From: Mobula hypostoma
Lineage: Eukaryota
Direction: 5' to 3'
NCBI RefSeq assembly: GCF_963921235.1
Contig: NC_086098.1
Span: forward strand, 237,212,001 to 237,276,000
Length of the DNA stretch: 64,000 nt
Both the position numbers and the translations under genes were made by a program. This document shows, one piece after another, positions 26,059 to 37,710 of this stretch. The notes below the pieces were generated by a model. It was given only the letters and a program-made list of their open reading frames with translations, was not told the DNA's origin and ran no database searches. Every line of letters starts with the position of its first letter. Position 1 is the stretch's first letter.

Positions 26059-26108
26059 GGACCCATCGTCAAACGGCGACGCGTCAAGGACACAGTAGTG
26101 CAGCTCCG
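26059..26108 (+). CDS. VJ-C1-TM-ITIM receptor, exon 5: cytoplasmic segment (G)THRQTATRQGHSSAAP
   Basis: Acceptor ctctttcgtcag| and donor CCG|gtacgt. 50 nt converts phase 1 to phase 0, exactly what is needed to reach the ITIM exon. GC-richer than the flanking intron. Confidence 0.7.
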
Positions 26109-26339
26109 GTACGTACGCTTATTGCCCACCGTTGTAAGATTCACAAACCTGATGTTTGGGATTGGGTACAAAAAACTGATGGGTATTAACTCAGTGCACA
26201 GGGAGTTATGAAATGGAAGTCTGGAGTTATTTAAATAGGTGTCTCGCAGAAGAAGGTTTGAACAGTGGTGACTCTGTTGAACAATGGTATTTTATGCTGT
26301 GCGATATCTTTAATTGTCAATGTTTGGTATACATTCCAG

Positions 26340-26402
26340 CCCCAAGCGCCGATCATTTATGCCTCCCTCGAGTTCGCTGCATCCTCCTCTGCCCGCAGAT
26401 GA
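26340..26402 (+). CDS. VJ-C1-TM-ITIM receptor, exon 6: PQAPIIYASLEFAASSSARR*, containing ITIM IIYASL
   Basis: Acceptor tatacattccag|, phase 0. IIYASL fits the ITIM consensus (I/V/L/S)xYxx(L/V). TGA at 26400-26402. The six exons total 909 nt (302 aa plus stop). Confidence 0.78.
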   Translation, partial: PQAPIIYASLEFAASSSARR

Positions 26403-26536
26403 GAATCTGGTTGGGTTCTACGTCGGTGGATTATGAAGAATTTGACCTAACCCGAGGTCACACTAAAACCTTCTCAACGAATCATCCCTTGACTCTCTGG
26501 GATTGACAAGATTTCTACGGGTTCATTGTTTATGTG

Positions 26537-26542
26537 AATAAA
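26537..26542 (+). terminator. Putative polyadenylation signal of the VJ-C1 receptor gene
   Basis: AATAAA about 135 nt after the stop codon. Confidence 0.45.
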
Positions 26543-27528
26543 ATGCTGGACCAACATTCATGTCAAGATTATGAACCCTAAGTGAAGAACAGAAACTTCT
26601 TTCATAGTTGGTGTCAGTCTTATCATAAAACTTCCCTCAGTGTTATCATGTAGATTTTTTCCTTTCTATAATTTGAATGAACTGAGACGGTATGGCCACA
26701 TAAAACGATCAGGTAGATTGTCAAAGACCATACTTCAGGCAGCGGTGCAGGGAAAATGAAGAAAGAGGAACACAGAGGCTGAAATGGACAGGTAATATTA
26801 CAGAGTGCACTGGAGAGTTTTGCCCCAACCCAGGTAATTGCCAACAAACGTGAAAGATGGTGGCAACTGGTGCAGTGTTGATCTGTACATCGCCTGTCTT
26901 CTCCTATCATTTTGCATCTCCCCCTCCCCCTCCAGCTTTCAAATCCCTTACTCACTCTTCCTTCAGTTAGTCCTGCCGAAGGGTCTCGGCCTGAAACGTC
27001 GACTGCGCCTCTTCCTATAGATGCTGCTTGGCCTGCTGCGTTCACCAGCAACTTTGATGTATGTTGCCGTAACGACCCTGGCGGGTTGCGGCATCCATAA
27101 CAATAATGTAATCGTAAATTGAATATATTGTAATATAATGAAAATAGCATTGTATTGATCAATGGTCATTTCCCGAATTATTCCACTCAGGGTGACAACA
27201 TGGGTTGAGGCTTAATCAATTACATGTACATTGGCTTTATAGGATTGTGTTCATACTTATTGTGCCTCTTTGTGTTTTTATTGTGTACTTTCTGCTTTCT
27301 ATGTGTTTTTTTATTCTGCGTCGGATGAGGAGTATCATTTTCTTCTATGTATAAAGTCATGTGCTGAAGAATGACAATTAAAAATTCTTGACTGTCTTGA
27401 ATCTTGAGTTGTAGAAACCGCTATTTAGCAAGACCCAAATTACTTGGTGAAGTTCTGTGCCCGCATCTCTTAGTACTTTGGCCTTAGAGGGATTACAGCG
27501 TGGTTTTAAGCTATAAACAATAAGGTTA

Positions 27529-30065
27529 TAGAAACATAGAAACATAGAAAATAGGTGCAGGAGTAGGCCATTCGGCCCTTCGATCCTGCACCGCCATTTA
27601 TTATGATCATGGCTGATCATCCAACTCAGAAACCCGCCCCAGCCTTCCCTCCATACCCCCTGACCCCCGTAGCCACAAGGGCCATATCTAACTCCCTCTT
27701 AAATATAGCCAATGAACTGGCCTCAACTGTTTCCTGTGGCGGAGAATTCCACAGATTCACCACTCTCTGTGTGAAGAAGTTTTTCCTAATCTCGGTCCTA
27801 AAAGGCTTCCCCTCTATCCTCAAACTGTGGCCCCTCGTTCTGGACTTGCCCAACATCGGGAACAATCTTCCTGCATCTAGCCTGTCCAATCACTTTAGGA
27901 TCTTATACGTTTCAATCAGATCCCCCCTCAATCTTCTAAATTCCAACGAGTAAAGCCCAGTTCATCCACTCTTTCTTCATACGGAAGTCCTGCCATCCCA
28001 GGAATCAATCTGCTGAACCTTCTTTGTACTCCCTCTAAGGCAAGGATGTCTTTCCTCAGATTAGGGGACCAAAACTGCACACAATACTCCAGGTGTAGTC
28101 TCACCAAGGCCTTGTACAACTTCAGTAGTACCTCCCTGCTCCTGTACTCGAATCCTCTCGCTATAAATGCCAGCATACTATTCGCCTTTTCCACCGCCTG
28201 CTGTACCTGTATGCCCACTTTCAATGACTGGTGTATAATGACACCCAGGTCTTGTTTCATCTCCCCTTTTCCTAATCAGCCACCATTCAGATAATGATCT
28301 GTTTTCCTATTTTTGCCACCAAAGTGGATAACTTCACATTTATCCACATTAAATTGCATCTGCCATGAATTTGCCCACTCATCCAACCTATCCAAGTCAC
28401 CCTGCATCCTCTTAGCATCCTCCTCACAGCTAACACTGCCACCCAGCTTCGTGTCATCCGCAAACTTGGAGATGCTGCATTTAATTCCCTCATCCAAGTC
28501 ATTAATGTATATTGTAAACAACTGGGGTCCCAGCACTGAGCCTTGCGGTACCCCACTAGTCACCGCCTGCCATTCTGAAAAGGTCCCGTTTATTACCACT
28601 CTTTGCTTCCTGTCTGCTAACCAATTCTCCACCCACACCAATACCTTACCCCCAATACCGTGTGCTTTAAGTTTGCACACTAATCTCCTGTGTGGGACCT
28701 TGTCAAAAGCCTTTTGAAAATCCAAATATACCACATCCACTGGTTCTCCCCTATCCACTCTACTAGTTACATCCTCAAAAAATTCTATGAGATTCGTCAG
28801 ACATGATTTTCCTTTCACAAATCCATGCTGACTTTGTCCGATGATTTCACCGCTTTCCAAATGTGCTGTTATCACATCCTTGATAACTGACTCCAGCATT
28901 TTCCCCACCACCGACGTTAGGCTAACCGGTCTATAATTCCCCGGTTTCTCTCTCCCTCCCTTTTTAAAAAGTGGAGTTACATTAGCCACCCTCCAATCCT
29001 CAGGAACTAGTCCAGAATCTAATGAGTTTTGAAAAATTATCACTAATGCATCCACTATTTCTTGGGCTACTTCCTTAAGCACTCTAGGATGCAGACCATC
29101 TGGCCCTGGGGATTTATCTTCCTTCAATCCCTTCAATTTACCTAACACCACTTCCCTACTAACATGTATTTCGCTCAGTTCCTCCATCTCACTGGACCCT
29201 CTGTCCCCTACTAGTTCTGGAAGATTATTTATGTCCTCCTTAGTGAAGACAGAACCAAAGTAATTATTCAATTGGTCTGCCATGTCCTTTCTCCCCATAA
29301 TCAATTCACCTGTTTCTGTCTGTAGGGCACCTACATTTGTCTTTACCAGTCTTTTCCTTTTTACATATCTATAAAAGCTTTTACAGTCCGTTTTTATGTT
29401 CCCTGCCAGTTTTCTCTCATAATCTTTTTTCCCCTTCCCAATTAAGCCCTTTGTCCTCCTTTGCTGAACTCTGAATTTCCCCCAGTCCTCAGGTGAGCCA
29501 CTTTCTCTGGCTAATTTGTATGCTTCTTCTTTGGAATTGATACTATGCCTAATTTCTCTTGTCAGCCACGGGTGCACTACCTTCCTTGATTTATTCTTTT
29601 GCCAAACTGGGATGAACAATTGTTGTAGTTCATCCATGCAACCTTTAAATGCTTGCCATTGCATATCCACCGTCAATCCTTTAAGTGTCATTTGCCAGTC
29701 TATCTTAGCTAATTCACGTCTCATACCTTCAAAGTTACCCCTCTTTAAGTTCAGAACCTTTGTTTCTGAATTAACTATGTCACTCTCCATCTTAATGAAG
29801 AATTCCACCATATTATGGTCACTCTTACCCAAAGGGCCTCTCACGACAAGATCGCTAATTAACTCTTCCACATTGCTCAAAACCCAGTCTAGAATAGCCG
29901 GCTCTCTAGTTGGTTCCTCGACATGTTGGTTCAAAAAACCATCCCGCATACATTCCAAGAAATCCTCTTCCTCAGCACCTTTACCAATTTGGTTCACCCA
30001 ATCTACATGTAGATTGAAGTCACCCATTATAACTGCTGTTCCTTTATTGCACACATTTCTAATTT
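27529..30065 (-). mobile_element. CR1 LINE, 5'-truncated, with a long ORF2 (end of the APE domain plus RT)
   Basis: ORF 28276-30054 (592 aa: VIMGDFN, GKSDHNMV, QHGFVKGKSCLTNL, GVPQGSVLGP, KFADD) continues in 27928-28260 and 27626-27889 after small lesions. (TTTCTATG)n tail at about 27529-27550. Confidence 0.95.
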
Positions 30066-30610
30066 CCTGTTATATGACATAAGAGCAAAATTATGCTGTT
30101 AGGCCCACGGAGTCTGCACCATCATTCCAACATAGCCGATTTACTACCACTCTCAATACCATTCTCCTGCCTTCTGCCCGTAACATTTGACACCCTTACC
30201 AATGAAGAACCAATCAACCTCTGGTTTAAGCATACTCAAAAACGTGGCATTCACAGCTGCGCATGGTAATGTATTCCACAGATTCACCAACCCTGGCTAA
30301 AGAAATGTGTCCTCATTCTTGTTCTAAAGGGACGTCCCTCCAGTCTGAGGCTGTGTCTTTGGTCTGAGACTTCCCCACTATTGGAAACATCTTCTCCATC
30401 TTCATCCGGGCCTTTCATTATTCAATACATTTCACTGAGATCCGCCCTCATTCTCCTAAACTCCAGGGATCAAGTGTCCCTCATACGTTAACCCTTTTAT
30501 TCCCGGAATCATCCTCATCAACTCTGCCTGAATCCTTCCCAATGCCAGCATATCCTTCCCTAGAGAAGGAAATCAAAGCTGCTTACAGTTGTTCAAGTGT
30601 AGTCTGAGCA
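30066..30610 (-). mobile_element. CR1 3' fragment adjoining the long copy
   Basis: Reverse complement of a CR1 3' UTR/ORF2 end (cacagattcaccaaccctggctaaagaaat...). Confidence 0.65.
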
Positions 30611-32289
30611 AATAATACCTGCGATACTTTACGAGAACTATTCCTCAAGCAGTGTTTAAGGTTTCTGTACGGCTTTCCGGTTCCCTTTAACATATTGAAA
30701 ATAACAAACAGTTAGAAGAGTAATGAATATTTTAACTGGTTTATAAGATGTTAGTAGCGGTTAGAAAGTACGTGTTACCGGTAGTCATAAAGCCGCGAAA
30801 AGGAGGGAGCAGAACCAGGATTTCAGGAATGACGTTATGGAACTCTTTGTAAAATTCTCCAATGCAAAAAGCAAAGAATGTAGGAATAATTGTTTCTTTG
30901 ACATCTAATGCTGAACGATTTTTTAAATTTACTGTGAATATTGAGGGTTGCAGGGAATGACGGATCACTCCGAATGGCTGTTTATGCAAATGATGTAACT
31001 TTGTTCCGCCTGGAGAAAATTACTCAACCCCGACGGATTTTCCGAAACCTCCATCTTCTGATACTCCTCATGTCCTATCAGCAATAATTAAGGAAAGAAC
31101 ATCACGAAGCATTTGCGAAATCGCTGATGAAGTGATGAAGTGGAGATAAATGTCATTCAACTGGAATTTATTTTATTTTGAGATATTTTACTTGTGGTAA
31201 TATTATTCTATGTGTTCACTTTATGTATTATTTTCTGAAAACACCTTATGATGAAGTAAAGATAAATGTCAATCAACTGGAATTTATTTAATTTTAGTTA
31301 TTTTATTTGTGATAATATTATTTTATATGTTGTCTGGGAGTTACGTAGACTGCTCTGTGCACCTTGGCCAGAAGGAACGCCTTTTCCTTTGGTTGCATGT
31401 AAGTGTAAGGTTGAATGACAGCGAATTGATCTTGAACTTGAACTTGAACTAAAACGCACTTACAATAAGTCTCTCAAATATTTTAAAGCAGTGTGCCTGC
31501 TGACGACAATCGAAATGGATTTCTTGTGCTTCTTGACGTAAGTGTTTGACTCTGCGCCTTCTTAAGCCTCACCAAAATGTCTCAATTGGAAACCAGTTCC
31601 GCTACTCCATTATTAGTGGTGGTTTCAAACACCACCGTCCCCTCTCCTTTCGACTACCATACCCCGCTCATTCTGGGCGCACTACCACCTCCGCTCCTCA
31701 GAATTCTCTTCGTCAATTCAAACAGCGGGTTAAAAGTGTAAATTAGCCTAGTCTTTAAACTCAGAATCAGAACCAAATTTATTATTACTACTATCTGTCG
31801 TGAAACTTGTTGATTTGTGGCAGCAATAAATTGCAGTACATAATAAAAATATAAATTACAATACGAAGCAATTGTAAAAATTGAATGAAATAAATAGTGC
31901 AAAAGGAGAGCGAAAATTAGTTAGGTAATGCTATGAGTTCATCGTCCATTCAAAAATCTGATGGCAGAGGGGAAAAAGCTTATCTTGAAATCTTGTGTGT
32001 GTCTTCATCCTCCTGTACCTCCTCCTTAATGAGAGCAATGAATACAAAGCTTTATCTGTCCTTGCCGATTGATCTTACACAGTTTTATACAATCCTTCAG
32101 AGAATTTCAGTGAACACACCTATCCGGCCATATCATTATTAGGGGAACTTAATGCTAAATGTATGCATTCTGTATAGACAGTGTAAATTCTGAACGCGGG
32201 TTAACTGGATATTAAGTACCAGTGGACTTTGTACGTAGTCACTTTCACATATGACCCATTAATTATTTGTTAGATTTTTAACCGCACAT

Positions 32290-33309
32290 CTTTGACCTCT
32301 GGTTGTTTGTTGTGCATTTGCTCCTTCGTACCTGTGATAAAAAAATTCAACTATGACCTCAACCCCCGCTAACACTTCGCAGCCTGCACGTGCAGGCACA
32401 TCCCAGTCTCCACTCAGCTCATGTGATTCACCTGCCGCTCTTTCTAGACTCCTCTCCTGCAGTTCCATTTCTCATCCACAGTTCTTGTTCACTCATCGAA
32501 CCATCCAACTTCCTCTAGCTGTTCGGAGCTTTTACTCTCCCTGGCTAAAGTATGCCGTGTAGGCTGTTCTTCGCAGTTCCTTTACTGGTTTTGTGGTCCC
32601 TCGTGGCTTGTTATTTTGCGGCCTAATACTAAAGTTATCATTCACCACTGAATCGTCTCCGCTATTCGGCATTGGGGTCAGGCCTTCTCTGCATTTCCTG
32701 ACAGCAACGCGTGGAATCGCAAATACACAATTCTCTGGTTGTCCAGTCTGTTTTAATTATATTGCAACTGATACATTCTTAAAATTCTTGAAGTAGATCA
32801 ATCGGAATTTCCCTACATAGATACAGAGTAAAATTCAACAGTTAAAAGAAAACAAAACTCCATTAACCAGAAATGATAAATCAAGATAAAATATTGCAAA
32901 ACATAGTAACCCACGTCTGTAAAATGGGATTAAATTGCTCGTGGAACGTGGTTTTCAAAATTGTAGGTCAAAGTGCTTCAGAGATGTCACGAGTTGTATG
33001 CCTCTGGGAGCTGGTATACTGAGCAGGACTTGTAGTTTCTCAGCTGGATACGTTCGAAATTGCTGAACGTTGTTTACCGGACATGATTTCGGAGACACCA
33101 TGAAAAAACATACATATCATCTAGAATGGATTGCTACCTTCTTGATTATGATTCCCAAGGGACCGCAGAAAATCAGCAGCACGTGGCTGGCACTGTCACT
33201 GTCAGCCTTACACCAATGCAAACCTGTCATATCCGGATATCTGAATCCTCTATTTCGCCTGTCCTCTCGCAATCGAACCCACGTTAAAGGTCAGTCCAGC
33301 GTAGGAAGA
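32290..33309 (-). pseudogene. Possible decayed V + C1 paralog
   Basis: Acceptor tttctttcgcag| at 33309. FDC...GLHWCK...VLLIF (WCK is one substitution from WYK) and SGKQRSAISNV. Downstream C1-like pieces VFAIP...C..GLTP, NFSIRPQ and AEWRLGCACTC (compare ETWRSGGVCTC in the intact gene). Spacing is irregular. Confidence 0.35.
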
Positions 33310-33401
33310 CTGCGAAAGAAAACGGAGAGCATCGTCAAACGTCACGGGAACAAAAGGAGACCATTCACCCGCTTCTACAGTACTACTAAATTCTGGCAAA
33401 A

Positions 33402-34610
33402 CACACAGTCTAGAGGAATACAACAGGCGAGCAAGCATCTATGGAAAAGATTAAACTGCCCACGTTTCGGGCTGGGACCCTTCATCAGGACTGGAAAAAA
33501 TGGTGGAGAGCGGAGGAAGATGTACAAGGTGGTAGTTGACAGATAAAACCGGGAGAGGAGCGGGTTGAAATAAAGAGCTGGGGATTTGATTGGTGAACGA
33601 GATAAAAGGCTGGAATAGCTCGAACCTGATAGCAGAAGATCGAAGGCCATGGAAGGAAGGAGGCGGAGTGAAAGAGCGCCAGAGGGTAACCGATGGGTTT
33701 GTAAGGAGATGAGGTGGGAAATGGGGGACGGGAGTGGTGAACAGGTGAGGTGGCGGGGGGGGGGGGATGGGGGGGAATTACCGGAAGTAAGAGAAATAGA
33801 TGTTCGTGCCATCAGGTTGGAGGCTACCCAGACGGGATATAAGCCGTCGGCCCTTCATCCCGAGTGTGGCCTCATGGCGGGAGTAGAGAAGGCCAAGAAC
33901 TAAAATGTCCGAATGGGAATGGGAAGTGGAATTGAAGTGGGGGCTACCCGGTGGTCTCGCATTTTCTGGCGGACGTAGTTTAGGTACCTGGCAAAGAGGT
34001 CTCCGAATGTGCATTGAGTCTCACGGATATGCAGGAGGTCACACCGGGAGCACCGAATACAGCAGATGACCCCAACAGACTTTCTGCTGAAGTGTTGCCT
34101 CACCTGGAAGGATTACATGGGGCTTGAATGGTAGTGGGGACGAGGTGTACGGACAGGTATGGCACTTGTTCCATTTGCAAGGGTAAGTACCAGGAAGGAA
34201 ATCAGTGGGGTGGGACGGACAGACAAGGGAGTCGCAATTCCTTCGGGAAGCGGAAAGTGAAGTGGGGGTGGGGGTGAGCTGTAGATGGTGGCGGCATTCC
34301 GTTGGAGATAGCGTAAATTATGTGCAGGATATTGAGGCCAGTGGCGTAATAGGTGTGGAGAAGAACACTATCTCTGGTGGGTGGCGGAAGGATAGGGCGA
34401 GGGCAGAGGTGCGCGAAGTGGAAGAGATGTGAGTGAGGATTGCGTTGATGGTGGGCGAAGGAAAGCCCCTTTCTTTGAAGAAGGAGGAAATATCATTAGT
34501 TCTGGAATGAAAAGCCTCATTCTTAGAGCAGATGCAGCGGAGAGAAGGAACTGAGAAAAGACCTGGCATTTTTACAGGGTGGGAAGAGATATACTCTGGT
34601 TTCCTTAACT
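33402..34610 (-). mobile_element. Penelope-like element (GIY-YIG endonuclease end), degenerate
   Basis: ORF 33900-34103 (SVGVICCIRCSRCDLLHIRETQCTFGDLFARYL) matches the GVIYCIxCxxCxxxYIGET...RFxEH pattern of PLE GIY-YIG. Upstream SSFFKERGFP text also fits. Confidence 0.78.
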
Positions 34611-37089
34611 GGTGAAAAGATGTTACAAGAAATCCTTAGAAGCGATTTTGGTGAATGAGGTGAAGAAGCAAGGATAAGTCTTCCCCACCATTCCATCATG
34701 GCTAATTTATTGTCCCTTACACCCTATTCTCCTGCCTCCACCCCCTCGTAAACTTTTACGCCCTGACTAATTAAGAGCCTATCAGCCTCCATTCTTTGGC
34801 TAAATCAATTCCCTTCTCATTTAATTTACAAATGGACATCCTTTTATTCGTAGGTGATGATAGTCATAGTGCTTTCAAAAGGAGATTATGAAGTTGTTGA
34901 TATTGAGAAGTAGACACAGTTTTAATGCTGTTAAAAATAATAACTGTAAAAATATGATGCCATGATGATTGGTGTTGGAACATCAATTTGTTGCAATTAA
35001 TATAAATAACCTGGATAAGGGCTTCATAACTTGCTCGGGACATGAAGACATCTAGCAAAATAGGTTGCAAAAGGTCCATAGAGAGGTAAACGCTGTTAAA
35101 GGTAGTTTAAGCATGTGGATAAATAACTGACAAATGTAATGTAGAACGAATTAATGTGAAAACGGCTATTCAGGCAGAAAATATAACAACGAAAAAGCGA
35201 GGTACAGGTTCAGATACTGAGAATCTCTGAGGCACACAGCAATCTGGATGTCCTAGTGATTCAGTATAAAATATTGGTAAGTAAGTACAGGAAATAATTG
35301 AGGAAAATAACGTAATTGTAGAATGGGTTAGACTTTCGTCGTATACACCGGGATGCAATGTATTCCTTTGCGCGCATGAAACTCAGGAGCAAACAGTAGA
35401 CGTGACAATATTAAATACAGAAATAAATACAAAGGTGAAGGCAAAACCTAAAGGCGTTGCCTTTAAGTCCTCATCCATCGTTAATAGCCCGCACCACTGG
35501 AACAAGCCCTCGTTACATTGCTACAATCAGGGAGGAGTTACAACAGCCAACGACGCACACTAAACCTTTTAGGAACAGCAAATCCCTACCGCCATCAGAC
35601 AAATGAACGGATAATGAACCAAGCCATTAATGCTAGTTCACCATTTTCTCTCTTTTTGAACTACTTATTTAATTTAATTTTCGATCATATTTTATTGAAA
35701 TTTATAGCTTTTTAAAATTATTGCACTTTACTGCTGCCACAAAACAATTAATATCAAGACATATGCCTGTGGTATTATTAAACCTGATTCTGACTCGTTC
35801 ACCGTACAACCTGAGTAGTGAAAAAAATGCCGGAGATGCAATAATTGAGTATCGAAGTACGTGGCAGCACCATTACGTCACGTCCGAGCCCGGATCTAAT
35901 GTTTTTCTGCGTTACCACTGCCAAAGCAGGTGCTTTCACTCCACCTACTCTGGAATTTTTATAAACCATTTAAAATTCTTCGATTAAATTGGACCTTTTT
36001 TGGCAAATAAACTTGGCAACTGTAGTCGTCATTTGATTCCTGAAGAATCATTCTATAATTATTGCAAAGTGGGCTGCATTGAAAGGTGAAATCATGAAAG
36101 ATCCAGAATGAAATAGCGAACTGGAGACAATTCCGTAATTGGTTTGGCGGAAGTAGTCAAAAGCAGCTGTTATTTAAATTGGAGACCTGTGAACTGTAAC
36201 CGGTGTTTTGCAGCGAGAATAAGCTCTGGGCCCACTGCTGCTCGTCATACCAATGATTTGGTACGTAGGTGGCATGATTCGAAAATGTATGCATGACGGT
36301 AAAATTGGCAGTGTAGCAGAGTGAAGCAAGTTGTCTAGGGCTGCAACAGGATCAAGAACACCTGGGAAAGTGGGCAAAGGGATGACAGATGAAATTTAAT
36401 AATGAAAGGTGTGAGGTCCTGCCTATTGGAACGGATCTGGGATCAATTACATTTGCTTTCTACAGTTACATGCATTAGGAATTTGCTGTGGTGTGTTGGC
36501 AAGACATGCAACAAAAGACGACAACATTCAACGATTATACAAAATATAGCATTACATACCAATAAAATATAACGTAAAGATATTGAATAAAAGGTGCATA
36601 AATGTATACATAGCAGCACGTGCTTACTATGTAAACAGCATTATAAGAAGTTATTTAAAGTGCTGCACCGCAAATGCTGCAGTGTTAACAGAAAGAGGGT
36701 ACGATGGCTAATTCGAACGCTAGATTAGATGAAATACCGGGGAGCAGGGACTTTTAAGATGGTGTGAGCTGTTTGTTTTAATAACCACATAGCGCTTTCC
36801 AAAAATGAGATTTTTGAAAAGGTAGTTTTCCGTGAGGGTAGTGTCTGTAATGATTTTTTTTGTCATTCAAGTTATTTTGTTCTGGAAAAATTAAAACAGG
36901 GCAGGATTTACACGGTTAATGACACAGCCCAGAGGGACCTTGCAGAATAACGAGACATGGAAAGAAAAGCCATAATTATATGAATGTGTCAACACAGTTT
37001 CAAATGCGAAGTAAGTTTAAAGTAAATTTATTAACAAAGTACGTATCTGTAGCTACAAACATGCTACCCTGAGATTGAGTATCATCCGG

Positions 37090-37710
37090 CCATTCACAGC
37101 AAGGATGTGCTGCTGAGGCTTTGTAAGGTACTGGTGAGATCTGATCTTGAGTACTTGTGAACAGTTGTGGGCCCCTCATCTGAGAAAAGATGTTCTGGCA
37201 TTAGAGAGAGTCCAGAAGAGGTTCACAAGGATAATTCCATGAATGAAAGGGTTATCATACCAGCAATGTTTGATGACTCTGGGTCTGTACTCGCTGGAAT
37301 TCAGAAGGATGAAGGGGGATCTTATTGAAAACTTTCGAATGTTGAAAGGCCTAGACAGAGTAGGTGTGGGAAAGAAATCCTCATATAGGAGAGTCTAGGA
37401 CAAGAAGACACAGCATCAGGATAGAGGGGCGCTCTTTTTAAACAGAGATGCGGAGAAATTTCTGTAGCCAAAGGGTGATGAATTTCTGGAACTTGTTGCA
37501 ACATGCAGCTGTGGAGGTCAGGTCGTTGGGTGTACTTAACGTAGAGATTGATAGGTTCTTGTATGGACGTGGCAGCAAATGTTACGGGGAGAAGGCCGCG
37601 AACTGGGTTGAGGAGGAGACAGAAAAATATTATCAGCCATGATTGAATCGCGGAGCAGACTCGATGGACCAGACGGCCTCATTCTAATCCTATGTCTTAA
37701 GGTCTTATGG
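37090..37710 (+). mobile_element. CR1 3' fragment
   Basis: ORF 37448-37642 (MRRNFCSQRVMNFWNLL) and upstream degenerate CR1 text. Confidence 0.75.

Noticed and set aside
28313-30082. Plus-strand ORFs of 134 and 188 aa
   Set aside because: Antisense shadows of the CR1 ORF2.
31575-31740. Short hydrophobic + strand frame (TPLLVVVSN...LLRILFV) resembling the 40.9 kb TM-like segment
   Set aside because: It is on the wrong strand for the neighbouring 32-33 kb relic, has no convincing splice context, and is pyrimidine-rich sequence that easily yields hydrophobic codons.
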